This document shows, in pieces, positions 13,601 to 26,044 of a DNA stretch of 64,000 nucleotides. The notes under the pieces were generated by a model, which saw only the letters and a program-made list of their open reading frames with translations, was not told where the DNA came from and made no database searches. A program made the translations under genes and the position numbers. The DNA is from Chrysomallon squamiferum (taxonomy: Eukaryota > Animalia > Mollusca), in NCBI GenBank assembly GCA_012295275.1, contig CM022665.1, forward strand, positions 22,506,001 to 22,570,000, written 5' to 3'. Every line of letters begins with the position of its first letter. Within the stretch, counting starts at the first letter, position 1.

Positions 13601-16600
13601 TATATAAAAAAAAAAAAAGTTCTTTAGATAAAATGTTTCAGGCTTTTTTTAGAAGGAAATACATACACACAGTTATCATAATAATTATACATAATATCAC
13701 CCAATTGTTAGAATAAGTGGAAATACAGTTATAAATCTCCCAAATTTGGAATATGTATTTTTAGAAACAAACATTAGAATGTGACAGAAAGAATGATCCA
13801 TTCTTTTGATATAACCTTTATAATGTGTCAAGTACGAAAAAATACGAGTGAAAAACATAATAATTTAAAAACAGATCTATTTCTTTTGAAGCACATAAAA
13901 AAAGGCTAATTTCTTTATCACTTTCTAGAAATATGTGCCTATGATTAACCCCAGCAGTTTGAATGATATATATATGTATTTGTTTGGGCTGAAGAGGTTC
14001 ATGAAATTGGGTACTAAAATGTTAAAAAAAAAAAAAAAAAAAAGCCAAAAATAAAAGTACCATTTATCATAAAAAAATAAGCTGGTACTAGTGTTTTATG
14101 GTAATAAATGGGGATTATTTCCACCAGGTTTCAATTCTATAACATAAAAAAAATAATTTTGGTTTTTCGCCTAGCTTGTCCCCTTAAACTAATTGACATT
14201 ACAACATTATTTATTTATTTTTTAAATTCATCTTTTCATTCCAGTAAAATTAAAGAAAGTAAAGATATTTCAAAGATAGCAAAATGAAATGTGTGACAAG
14301 GATAGCTATAGATAATATTATGTGTATATAATCTTGAGATTGTCATGTCTAAATACATGAAGTAGAGAAAAGAAAATCAGTGACAATATTAACCGTTGAT
14401 TTATGCAAATAATTAAAGTTCTGTTTGACCTTCCATAATACCCTTTTCAGAAAAATACACAATGATGAACTTTTAAAGTTCTGTCTGACATTTGAAATTT
14501 TTCCACAAGACTGGCTTTTGTTTTATCTTTGATGTCTGCAGGCTGGGTTGAAGAAGAAGCAACAAGTGGGCAGTTTTTTCTTAACCTATCAGTTCCTTTT
14601 GATAAACATGGAGATCACAGGATAATATGTATCATTAATGGCTTATTTGTTTAATATAAATAGATCCTGAGAAAGTGAGTGCAAAGGAAAGTGCTAAGAA
14701 GAAGTGGATGATGTCCATTGAATTAAAACTTGAAAATATAGAAAAACATGAGCAAGGTGTGTATGAACCCAACATGACTAGGCAGTATGAGCATAGTACT
14801 TATACAATATGTACTATACTGAAGCAGCAGTCAATAAAGGCTATAACTCCAGCCAAAGGCGTTAAAATAATTTCTAAACTGCAGAGCTCTGTCCATGAAA
14901 AGATGGAGAAACCCTAACCCTGTACACTTTTCAAAACCAATTTATTTCTTTACATTCTCTTTTATTTGTTTTTTTTATACAATATGTCATTTATAAATAC
15001 ATTTCTCTTATTTAAAAATACATTACAAAAAAATATGTGGTGGTTTTTCAGGGGCTGGAACAGATTAGTGGTATTTCAATTAATTTCATTTGGAAAAATT
15101 GATTTGATATACTATGAACATACTGAGTTACGAGCTCAGCCACAAAATAAATTAAACTTGTAAGTCACGGTAATTATAACCTAACAACTAATAACCATTA
15201 GCAAGAGACAAAAGGAATTTTTGTCAGCTCTCGCTCTGCTGACCTCAGGGAAGTCTGCGGCGTGTTTATTTGAGTAAAAGACAGAAGAGCCCAGAGATCA
15301 CAAGAGACCACAAAGAACAAAAAGTTGGCAGCCATTATTAGACAATTATGTTCGTAATTATATTTTGCGTTGTCTTTGTTTAAGTCGGAAGCAGGGACAA
15401 ATGGTTAGCCTGTTCCTGTATGCTCTGTTTGATTTGTTGATCAGTTTGATGTAACCTGTATATGCTCCATAGAGAGTTTGAATTATATATTTATTTCTAA
15501 CAAAACCTGTTAGGGAAAATTAAAAGAATTAAGAATTAAAGTATTTCATTTAAAACCAACTCCTGCATCCTGAACCACCAAATAATAAGTATACATGTGT
15601 AAAATAAATAATTATCTTTGTAATATAAATACTGTGTTTTGTTTTGGTGTTCATAGTGGATACTTGATATTACATATAGTTTATATCTGTAGTACATGCA
15701 AATATGTGTATCTATTATAATCAATCGTCACAGTTTGTTAATTACACAGTCGGCAGGTTCACCAAAGGCGCAAACCCTAGACAAGAAACGAACCATATTT
15801 TAATAGGGTCATTAGCACTTGAAACCTAACACCTCTTATGCGCTGTGCCCCGTGACACTTATCAATGGTTTGAAAAACTGATTCTCATTATCAGGGAGAT
15901 CTTTAGGAGAATTTAATGCCTGGGTTATGGCTATGGCAGTGGGGAAATAATATCATCTGGAAAAGCATCAGAATAGGAATCTGAATGTTACAGGTGGTGC
16001 CACAGTAGTGACTATATCTTTTGAATCCAGCTTCTGTGATCTGTGGACATTTTTCTGAGATGTTTCCCCATCCAAAGTTTCTAGTGTGTGAACATGACCA
16101 TCCACACAGTTGCAGATCACAGATGTCCTCCATCTTATGTTGACCCTGGTGATTGTTTCAGAAAAAAACTTGTTCAGCAATATCAGAATTGGTTGAATTG
16201 ACATTTTGAGTTTGCTCTCTTTGCGATTTCTCAAGTTCAGGTTTGGTGCCTGTCAATTCAAATGATTCACACATCCAGTGACAATGGAGGGCTATCCATT
16301 CATCACCATCTGGCATGCCAACATTTTGGTATGGAGTTTCAAATAATAATTTTCTTTGTTCTGTTTTTTTTAGCTGACAGCTGAAATCTTATCAGAGTCG
16401 GTAGAAATACCTTCTTGAACAAATGACGTTTCCCAGGCTTCACTTAGAGATAAAATTTCAGTAGTCTACTAAATAAATACCTTTGGACCATTTCATCGAA
16501 GGTGTGTCCAAACACCAGAATGTCATCTAGGTATGCTATCAGACTGAAGATTTTTGAATCCTAGACAAGCCTGCATTAGCCTTGAAAAAGTAGCTGGTGC

Positions 16601-19190
16601 ATTGTACAAACCCTTGGGTATCCTGGTATATTCAAAAATACATGAAGGATTGTATGAGGGGTAAATAGCTGGTCATATAATTAACTAAATACATTAAACA
16701 CTGTTACATTGAAACAGTATGACCAGAATGGTACATACAGTTAGGCAGATGTCCAACATAACATATTTACATGTGATACTAACTCATAGTATAAAAGTAT
16801 GTCCATCTATAGATTTTTGTTCATGTTTTAGGTTTACTGTTAACATTTCATGGAAGTATGTGATTCTGGTCGCTTTTGATTTATAGTACCTGGTGTCCGA
16901 TGCTACAATGTGTCTATTAAGTAGAAGGGCAAAAGGTTTTCCCATTGATGACCACCTTTTCCAGAGAGGGGTTTTCCTTGTTTCTCCTCAGTCCTGAAGA
17001 CAGTTGTGAGATCTTCAGCATTCAGTTTACTGGTGCTTTTTAACTTCTTACAATGTTTCATCACTTCCTTTTTCTTTTTGTGAGAATTGGATTTAATTAT
17101 GACACTTGTGTCATCATTTGGTGAGAATTTCCCAACATTAAACAGTACCAATTGTGTCTGTTACCTCAATTTCCAGTTTATTTCTGGTATATTTATTACC
17201 TTTGTCTCAGTTTCAGTACATGTCTCATTTTTATTGAAATCTTTTATGCTGAAGATTCTCACACTAGAATCATGTGTCCATTGTTCAGGGTAATTTATTT
17301 TATCATTTGTGGGAGTAAGGGCATACACGTTCTGAACTAGATCAGTTTTTAAATTTTAATATTTCTAAATTAAAAGGTTCTCTTGCCACAAGCATTTCTG
17401 ATATTGTGTAAAATGTTTTATGCAAGGGAATCGCAGCAATTTCATCTCTTGTTTTTTGTTTGTTAACTGAGCTGGCCATTTTTGAGACATGTTCAGTACA
17501 TATATTAGTGGTCTAATAATTACATTAGGACCAATTTTCTTAGTTAAACAAATACAGCAAACAGTACATCTAACTATCACTGAAAACGTTATTCAATTTG
17601 GCTGAAAATTAGGAACAAATCACCTTAAAAATTTAATCGCTCATCAACTTACAACCAGTTTATGACACCAGAACCAGTATCTGACCATAAAAGTAATGAA
17701 TCAGAAATGAGAGGAATCAGGTTGACACAGAGCAAAAGTGGTCACCACAGAAGGTCAGTGATTAGCAACATAAATCTGGTGGGAATCAGTAGCTTCAACT
17801 AGTAACTATAATGTGTACTGGATAGATTTTAATGTGAATACTTTTACATGAGAGGAAACAAGTAACTTTTTAATGATATTTATTTTATAATTTTATAGTT
17901 TTGTATTAAGTATTAAGTGAGTTGCAAAATTCACATGGTGAGCAAATACCTGATATGCCAGATCTTGCATGTTTTAAAGGAACACATGAATATTTTTTTT
18001 TATGAATATTACCAAATTTTATTTTCAAATGAACAATTTTAATAATGAATGACAAAACGTAACTTTTATTTACTTTGTTTCAAAGGTGCATGGCCTATCT
18101 TCTTCATGGTTCTGATTAGTTTTAATCGATCTGTTGATTTTATATTTAGAATCATTGTCACCAAATACCACCACCTTCGTATTCACTGTACTCTTACAAT
18201 CACTATGTTCACTGCAAATGGAATTGTTTATCAGTTTTATCTTTTTAAGTATATGTACTAAGATGTTTTATGTGTTTCATCAACCTTATTAGATTAAAGG
18301 ACAATATCATTTTTATGCAAATGTATTATGTGCTGTTTTATTATCACATGACACTGTAATAAACAGTACAATTCATATATATATACTGTAAGCATAATTA
18401 TTTTACAGTATAATTTATGTTATGAAAATATTTTGTGACACTGTTTGCTGTGAATCAGGCTGTGACAGTTTTCTAGTCTGAAATTACAATCTGAAAACAT
18501 ATAATGTTAAAAAGTATGTCCAACAATTTAAAATACATTGCGCACTGATGTGTCCTTACTGTGTTCAGAAGTCTGATTAAAAAACGAATATTTTAAATTG
18601 TCACTCTAAATCAGACACAGCTACATACATGTACTCCTTTTCTTTTCCTATGCTAAAGTCAAAATATGTTACTTCCTTTCAGGTGAAAATGGTTGGCCAC
18701 ACCGAAAGACTAATCATTTTGGAGAGGAAACAAGAGGAATTGCCACGTAAAGAAAAGTTTGAGGAACATACCAGAGATGTGACAAATTTGAAGGAAAAAA
18801 TAAACCAGTTACAGCAGCAAGCAATGTCAACGGAAGGTGGTGCAACAGTTGCCAGATATGGAACTCTGAATGCTATGGCAGGTTGGCAAAAAGGAGATGC
18901 TGATTTTTACATTTTTCCTTTCTTTTTTTCATCTTATGACTGATTATTTGTTCTATATTAAAGGATGCGAGGTTTGAAGGCCAGCATCCAGCTAACCAAC
19001 CTAATTAGCTGATATGGCTATATTGAAACCAGTATTGCAGTGATTTCATTCTGAACAGAGTACTAATGGAATGCATTTTATGAAAAAGTGTTGTGTTTTA
19101 AACATTTAAATGATAAAAATGTAGCTAAAGACAAATAGTTAACAATAAGTTTTGTAAATTTGATTTATGTCAGCATTCATTAAGAAGTAG

Positions 19191-19232
<42 letters not shown>

Positions 19233-21742
19233 TCATTCATGCACTTTCTCATCAGATTAATTCATCACTTTCTCATCAGATTTTCTCATCACTTTTGTTT
19301 GGATGCTGTGTGTTCTTTTTAATAATTCATTTACCAGTCAAATCATATTAACAGTGTGTTCTGATAATTAATTTCACTTTTTAAAAAATGTTAATATTAT
19401 GCAACTATTTAAGTGGCATGCTTTACACCACAATCACCATGAAGTTGGAGCAAATTATTATTCAACACTATGGCCTCACGAATAAAAATATTGATCAAAC
19501 CATATTTATTAAAAATAAATAGTACTGGAGAGGGATAAGCCAGTTATTGATATAACTAATAGCAAATATATATATATATATATCCATTTCTTAAAGCTGT
19601 ATATCTGAAAGGTATTAAAGCATCCACAAAAATTTCCCATTTCTGGTCTTATTCAAGAAAAAGATGATGGTTTTTGGGGTGGTGGGGGGGTTTGCACTGA
19701 ATTGAAGTCTGATTTTATATGAAATGGCTTTCCTATATGATTCTTTTGTCTGTTTCAAACAACAAGTTATAACTTAAAAATTAACATCATTTAGCAAACA
19801 TAACATTTACTGATTTAGTTTTTAACCAAAATATTTGTTTAAAATTTTAATTGTACATGAGCAAGGAATAAAAAATAACAGACATAAATTTTATATGTCT
19901 TCTCTTTCTTTTTCAGTATTGGAAATGTCTATAGACTCATTGAGTTTCCTTTACAAGTTTTCCAAAAGGTTAATGCTGATTAGTATTCAGGATAATGACC
20001 ATCGACTTTTTGGATTCTTACAGAATTACTTATCATACAACTTCATGAAAGTATTTCTAGTTCATATTCATGCACTGAAATAATTTTAAAAGTTGAAAAT
20101 CATTTGTTGGTTGCATCCCAATTTAACATTTAGTTTTGTTTGCAAAATATACCTGAAAATAACATATACTGCAAATACAGTAAACCTCACCCAAGTCGTC
20201 TGCGTTTAAGTTGTCACCTTAGTGAAACTCCTGATTTTCTGTAACTTTACTTCCAAATGGTCTTGCACAATGTACCCACTATCTCAAGCTGTTGACATGG
20301 ATGTAGACAGCCACTGTGTTTTGGGATATTGATATGCATGTGACTTGCCTCATGTATGAGTGCTTTGAATTAACATATTGTTTTGGAAAGCGGCGCTCAC
20401 AATAGTGACATTTTTAGTGTACAAAATGGCAACTAGTGGAAAGAGACAGCTCATAACCAAGACATACAAGGAGAAGTATGAAATAATTAAGTATGGTGAA
20501 GCCAGTCCTGGTGAGAATAAGTATCTGACAGCTGAGAGATTCAAGATTCCCCGCACAACATTAAATGACATTTCAAAAAACCCATCTAAAGTGATTGAGG
20601 CCATCAAGAAGGGTGTCCTCCCTGATTCAAGAAATGGCTGTTGAAATGCATTATGCATGTGACATTTGATGATGTTGACTCTGCACTAATTAAATGATTT
20701 CAACATCAGTGGTGAAATGTTAATTCAAAAAGCACAAGGCTTTGCCAAGCAACTTGGTCATGAAGATGGTGAGAAACTGAATGTCAATTGGATTGATCAT
20801 TATAAGAAAAGGTGGGGAATCAGAAAAGTGCTTAAAGCAAGTGAATCTGGGGATGTTAAAAATGGAAAACAGAAAAACTGAAGGACATTCTCCAGAGATA
20901 TGAACCATAGGGCATATATAACACCAATGAAAGCGGATTATTGTGGCTACTTCAGAGAACACACTAGTGTAAGTTGTCATTTTGCCAACTGACATTTACA
21001 AGTAGTAAGTATGATGAGTTATGCATAAGTCATCATTATAACGACTTGGGCAAGGTTTACTGTACTTGATGTCTAAAAACATAACAATACAAAATGTTCA
21101 AAAAGAACCTTTTTTTCTCTCTTAATCAACATGTTAAACTATTTGTTTGTTTTACTGTTAGATGCTCTGACTACTCAGCTTGCTGCACATGATCGACAGA
21201 TTGGCATTCATGATGTGAGAATCGCAGAAATGGATCTGAGGTTCCAGATTCTGGAAACGGCCAACTATGACGGTGTACTGATATGGAAAATCAAAGATTA
21301 CATGAAAAGAAAGCAGGAAGCTATCACCGGTCGGACCCTCTCCCTGTACAGCCAGCCATTTTACACATCCCGATACGGCTACAAGCTCTGTGCTCGGGTT
21401 TATCTCAATGGTGATGGTATGGGTAAAACAACCCACATTTCGTTATTTTTTGTCCTCATGAGAGGTGAGTATGATGCTTTGTTGCCATGGCCGTTTCAAC
21501 GCAAGGTGACCCTGTACCTGCTGGATCAAGGTCCAGCCAAAAATGATGTGACAGACCACTTCCACCCAGATCCAAGCAGCAGCAGTTTCAAGCGGCCAAC
21601 AACTGAAATGAATATTGCTTCAGGCTGTCCATTGTTTGCTTCTCATGCCATTGTGGAACACCCACAGAAAACTTACTTGAAGGATGACACAATTTATATC
21701 AAAGTGGTTGTTGACACTATTGGCAGTTGTGACATACCGTAA
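4475..21742 (+). CDS. TRAF3: TNF receptor-associated factor 3, whole gene span, 10 coding exons, 559 aa
   Basis: join(4475-4602,4965-5073,5828-5932,6225-6392,7978-8058,8726-8800,10970-11089,11529-11642,18683-18881,21162-21742)=1680 nt, all GT-AG and in frame. HDVRIAEMDLRFQILETANYDGVLIWKI...LSLYSQPFYT...CARVYLNGDGMGK..HISLFFVLMRGEYDALLPWPF closely matches vertebrate TRAF3. Confidence 0.93.
4965..5073 (+). CDS. TRAF3: TRAF3 coding exon 2 (RING)
   Basis: (R)CGHRLCEECRDHIFASGEPVACPAGEEDCELLKRND; acceptor ttgag, donor gttagt. Confidence 0.88.
5828..5932 (+). CDS. TRAF3: TRAF3 coding exon 3
   Basis: IYPDTSVRREIQNLLVRCPNSKEGCSDKVPWKNIE; tttgcag / gttggt. Confidence 0.9.
6225..6392 (+). CDS. TRAF3: TRAF3 coding exon 4 (zinc fingers)
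   Basis: KHVAECEFKPVDCRNKNFGC...HEAECPYRQTCCKKCGQTYIFYLAR; ttttag / gtaata. Confidence 0.9.
7978..8058 (+). CDS. TRAF3: TRAF3 coding exon 5 (zinc finger)
   Basis: QHEENDCPEVDVTCPYNCATHQMKRKE; tttacag / gtgaag. Confidence 0.9.
8726..8800 (+). CDS. TRAF3: TRAF3 coding exon 6 (zinc finger)
   Basis: LSDHLMTCPRKPKECKFKPIGCDFT; ttttcag / gtgagt. Confidence 0.9.
9720..10760 (+). mobile_element. Highly decayed hAT (Charlie/GTF2IRD2-like) transposase remnant in TRAF3 intron 6
   Basis: QEKWTNDYLFVEGKNKPKCLIYNESV and ITTHLNDLNIKLQ resemble motifs of Charlie/Buster/SPIN transposases. Confidence 0.7.
10970..11089 (+). CDS. TRAF3: TRAF3 coding exon 7
   Basis: GTAEELADHERDFISHHLELVTVFTSSMDLQNLDIKQRMQ; ttttag / gtaata. 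Confidence 0.9.
11529..11642 (+). CDS. TRAF3: TRAF3 coding exon 8 (coiled coil)
   Basis: ELTAERDDFKKKLADCQRENESLKNSVKHLEKTLKDLR; poly-T+ggaaag / gtgaga. Confidence 0.85.
11754..14183 (+). mobile_element. Kolobok DNA transposon (decayed, both ends intact) in TRAF3 intron 8
   Basis: TTAA|ggggacatgct ... agcttgtcccc|TTAA; transposase remnants ICVSYDASWMT..GHTSRYGVGCVIDLITGLVIDYE, KEECINHV, TPNSNESLHAMIWRKCPK. Confidence 0.85.
14662..15175 (+). mobile_element. Internally deleted Tigger (TIGD1-like) element
   Basis: HTH N-terminus KVSAKESAKKKWMMSIELKLENIEKHEQGV...TICTILK, followed by a 3' TIR remnant attaaacttgtaagtcacggta. Confidence 0.8.
15750..16645 (-). mobile_element. Gypsy pol fragments (RT and C-terminus), same family as the element at 1-2625
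   Basis: 16480-16610 aligns by eye to 585-710 (NAPATF..YLDD). 15190-15745 may be LTR-derived (uncertain). Confidence 0.75.
16900..17340 (-). mobile_element. LINE (CR1/L2-type) ORF1 remnant
   Basis: EQWTHDSSVRIFSI...VGK...VIIKS..KKKEVMKHCKKLKSTSKLNAEDLT resembles the LEQYSRRNSIRIFG...KLKGT.I.EDLT consensus. Confidence 0.6.
18683..18881 (+). CDS. TRAF3: TRAF3 coding exon 9 (coiled coil)
   Basis: VKMVGHTERLIILERKQEELP...GTLNAMA; ctttcag / gttggc, phase 1 matching the last exon. Confidence 0.85.
20178..21062 (+). mobile_element. Tigger/pogo element, internally deleted, in TRAF3 intron 9
   Basis: TA|cagtaaacctcacccaagtcgt ... acgacttgggcaaggtttactg|TA; CENP-B-like HTH TYKEKYEII...FKIPRTTLNDISKN. 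Confidence 0.85.
21162..21742 (+). CDS. TRAF3: TRAF3 last coding exon (TRAF-N end and MATH/TRAF-C domain)
   Basis: Acceptor tgttag at 21161; complete MATH domain ending YLKDDTIYIKVVVDTIGSCDIP*. Confidence 0.95.
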
Positions 21743-21803
21743 AGTTACAACATGCAATTGCTTTCACAGTATTCAAATGCTGTGAAAATGTTTTTAAAAA
21801 ATA

Positions 21804-21870
21804 CAGTGGTACCTTGACTTAAAAGTTTAATTCATTCTGTGACTGAACTCAGAACTCAGTTTGCTCGTAT
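21804..21870. mobile_element. Tigger left-TIR fragment in the TRAF3 3' UTR
   Basis: TA|cagtggtaccttgacttaaaagtttaattc, approximately the reverse complement of the end at about 15125-15175. Confidence 0.55.
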
Positions 21871-23779
21871 AGGGTTATTCCCCAAAAAGCAGATACTTTA
21901 AACCCAAACATCTCAGATTTTTATGAAACTTGGTATACTTGTTGATTAGGCTAACAGACCAGTGGTGTGGGAGATAAGGCCCCACCCCCCCATATTTTGA
22001 AGTTTTTGTCCATAAAATTGGTATTGTTGGAAAGGCAATTTAATAAGGATAATAAAAGCTGATCTAAAATAATAAGTCAGTCCTTGGAAGGCTGATGAGA
22101 ACTCTAGATATATATGTAGAGTTCTAGGCAACAGAACATTTTACGTGGTTTTAGAGTTATGCGCCTGCCATGGTGTGTCGTGCTCACAAACATGAACATT
22201 TTTGGATCAATAGATCTAACCTTGTTTCATCTTGAGAAACAAAGAACTCATTGGGTGATTTGACACAGAAGCCAGAGAAAAGAAAAATAACTACTTCACA
22301 CTTTATTCAGTACATGTGCTAATCTCGTTATCTGAAATTTTCTTATTTAAGCCATGTTCTTTATAAACCAATTCCACTTTTTTGGTGAAATAGTATTTTC
22401 ATTTTTTATAATAATGTTTTATTTGAAACATACATGAAAATACTAAACCTCTAAAATGAGTATGTTCAGATTTTGGTATCAATATGAATGAAATATGATA
22501 GTTGAGAAATATTTTGAATTCACCAGAAAGTTGATAGAGCTGTTCAGAATTATAAGCTGTCACCTTCAGTTGAAGGAAACTAAAAAACAACTATGAAACT
22601 ATTTCAGTTAACACAAACATTGGCCTTATAAAATAAAAAAAAAAAAAAAAAATTATAATTTGATTATTTAAAATATTTCTGTAATAAACATGATCATCAA
22701 GAATTTGAAATACCAAGTTATGATGACAGAAACAAAAACAATTTGACTTCCATATTGTCGCATAAAGAAATCATTCACTACATTAAGGTCTGTGTGTGTG
22801 TTTTCATTCAAACATCTTTGTTTTGCTTTATTTGGTCATTTCACTTGAAGTAACAACAAAGAGTTTGTGACATTTCTTTTCCTGTCCCTTATTTCAGCCA
22901 ATTAATTTTGTCCCTTTATTTCATAAGAGGTGCAGCAATTAATTTAAATTAACCAGCTTTCAGCATATTTCTTTCAAACTGGTAATCAGACTAGATGTAT
23001 GTTTCAGTGTCTTCATAAAGTTGGTGCAGCAATGTGAATATTTAAACACACTGTTACCATATTAAATGAATGAAAAATAAATAATACTATCAAAAATGTT
23101 AATTATGGCAACTGACTATTTTTGCGAATTCATGTTATATACTACTGAATTTCATTGATATTTTGTTGCCATTTTAAATGAATACCAGCTTGTTGAGAAC
23201 CGGGGTACACATATCAGTATTAATTTAATTTATAACGTTATGATTAATAGTCTTAAACATATTTCATTCATATTTGCCATAGTACATTTTCACAGTAGTT
23301 ATTGATTTCTCTTTCCTAATATATAGTTAAACTTATTTTTCTGTAACCAGATGATGCACATGTATAGATGAAGGGTGAGGTAGTCAAGTATATATTGCTT
23401 TGATCCTGAAAGTGCAGTTTCACAGAATGAGATCAAACTCTTAATCAGTAAACAAGGGGTTACCATTGTTTTTTAAGTTCAGATGATGATAAAAAGAAAA
23501 CATTATTCAGTATTTCATTATATATATATATATATATATATAATAAGTATACAAATCCAGAACCAACAAATACATCACTTGGAAAGTTTGTCTGCTGGGG
23601 ACAGACTTAACTTGCTGTGTCAGCATGAAATTTAATTCAGACAAACCTTTATATCTCTAGGTAATAACTGACTAGACTGAGGCTAATTTCAAGAATCTAG
23701 GGTGAAAAAGTCACAAATTTTAATTAAGAAATATATTAGCATTGAAGAATAGATTAAACACATTTTGTCAGAGTTTTTT

Positions 23780-23960
23780 GTTAATGTTCTTTGATTTTAA
23801 TGTTGGTAGTTTAAGTGGATGTTCCACCCAATACCACACAGAAATTCTGATGCATTTCGACCACAACTTTGTCTTGTGAGTTGCATGTTTGGTATACATT
23901 AACCCCTCACAACAAATTTTGTTACCACCTTTATTGCTATGAATAACTTCCATATTAAAC
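23780..23960 (-). mobile_element. FLYWCH-domain (MULE-type) transposon remnant
   Basis: MEVIHSNKGGNKICCEGLMYTK...LWSKC resembles the FLYWCH N-terminus. Confidence 0.55.
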
Positions 23961-25013
23961 AAACTTCAGATACTAGAGCAAGCTGGATAATATATAGTGA
24001 AACACATTTTAACCTGAGACATTTTATAAATCATTTACATTAGGAAGCCCTTAGTTTAAATCTATTCTAATCAGTAAGCTAGATCCAGCTCAATGTGAAG
24101 ACTCTTTAATCTAGCCTAATTGACATAATCAGTAATATAAACAATAACCCTATGTATACTGTGGTGCCACATTCAATACTCTACAAACTGATACATTTTG
24201 TATATAAAAATTGCAACTTTTTAAATGCCGAACTAAATGATTGATTAAAAAACAGAAGGGACAAGACAAAAGTTCTAAGTCAATTATTTGTATCAGCTAT
24301 ATATATATTATTCTTTTTGGGAATATAACATGTGTTTTATTATTATTATTTGTATATATATATATATATATATATTAACAGCTAAAATAAATTCAGTGGA
24401 GTTTGTTTTGATTTTAGCTTTCATCTAGTATTGTGAAATAATTCGTGTATAATTAGAAATCTGCAATATTATTATTACTATTATTTTTTTATTATTTAGT
24501 TTAGTTTCTACATAATTTTGAAATTATTCTGGAGAGTATATGGATGAAAATTAAACATACTTTGTTTTCTTTTGCTTTAGTTTTCACTGCCATATATATC
24601 ATGATTTGTCTGGAATAGTAATAGTAGTAGTGTAATATATGTTATGCTTAATACTGTATTTTGTGTGCCTTGCTAATATTATATAATGTTATGGTTATTT
24701 TCATATTATGTATTTTATGATTATTAGTGGGTATTATATATCCTATGATATTACTATATTAGTAATCTTATAATTATTACTATATTAATGATTATTATTT
24801 TACCAGATCATTTTTGTCTGTTTACTTGTATTAAATATTCTGTATGTTATTGATAGTACAATTGTCACCGAGTTTTTGTGGTGAGTAATGTGCTGATCTT
24901 GAAATGATTAAATGTTAACTAATATCTTAAGACTTCTAATTATTGTTTGATAAGCTTTGTAGTTGGTTTGCTTTTAATATTTTGTTCTTTAGCTGTCAAT
25001 TGTACGTTTTGTT

Positions 25014-25019
25014 AATAAA
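25014..25019 (+). terminator. Likely TRAF3 polyadenylation signal
   Basis: TGTA at 25001, AATAAA at 25014, T-rich tract at about 25040-25062. Confidence 0.5.
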
Positions 25020-25485
25020 GGTGCCTGAAATGACTTGTGCTTTTTTCTTTTCTTTTTTTTTTGTATTAGACTCTTTAATGTTCATGTGTTCTTAAAGACA
25101 TCAGTAGGTAAATGTTAATGTTTATACTTTTTAGTTAAGTACCGTATTTGCTCCTATGTAATATGTACCCCTAATTACAAAATATCTTGTGTATTTATTA
25201 GTAACATTTTAGAAATGAAAGGGAACATGGTGTTATGGAACCTTTTAATGCGCACAGCCTTTTGATCAATTAACAATAGCGTCTTGGTTGAACGTGTAAT
25301 GGCCTGATTGAAAACTAATAGTAATAAAAGGAATAGATATATTGTGAGCACTCGGATTTATTCTACGACGCAGTATTACACCAATCCTCCACTTTAATGT
25401 TTAACGGATTCCCTAAACCCACCCACTTCAACAACGTTCTTGTTAATCGGATATAAAAACATAAAATACATAATCTATATATATA

Positions 25486-26044
25486 GGGTAGAGTTGGGTG
25501 AAAGGCTCCCCTCTAGGAAAATGTATATTTCTTATCACATTTAACACCTTTTCCCCATTTTGAGCAGTAAATATAATTTATACACAGAGAAATCAAATTT
25601 GTGTATTTGTTATTTTAAATCAATATAACAAAACATTCATATTTATTAATACTAATGTCTTGTAATGGGGCCTTTTATGTGAGGCCTGGGACAAAAGGCC
25701 AACCGTGGAGCTTTAATGATGCACCATCAGCTATTCCGTCACAAATCAAAACCAGTTATTAAATACAAAGCAAACAGATCCCTTCCAAACGTCGCAATAC
25801 TTTGTCAGTATATGACCATTCTTTAATCTAAAATGTGTATAAAAAATATAAAAATTTGTCAAAAATTAGAAATTTCATAAAATACTTAAATATTTGAGTT
25901 AGAGGTAAATTATTGGAGGAATGAATACAGGTACAACGTCAGTGAAATCTTATGATCTAGCTTCTGGTTTCAGTTCATATGTACACTTTGCTACAAAAAA
26001 ACTTTGCTTTTTATCCCAAGGGAACCTTTTACCCAACTCTACCC
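25486..26044. mobile_element. MITE with 25-bp TIRs and TA flanks (Tc1/mariner/pogo class)
   Basis: TA|gggtagagttgggtgaaaggctccc ... gggaaccttttacccaactctaccc|TA; partial relatives at 45324 and 52627. Confidence 0.85.

Noticed and set aside
14910-14922. ccctaaccct as a telomeric repeat
   Set aside because: Fewer than two units, inside a Tigger derivative.
21158-21436. Antisense ORFs over TRAF3 MATH and over the GPCR (63373-63612)
   Set aside because: Shadows of real coding sequence on the opposite strand.
22630-22652. AATAAA plus A-run as a retrocopy tail or poly(A) site
   Set aside because: The hexamer merges into a genomic A-run with no spacer or TSD.
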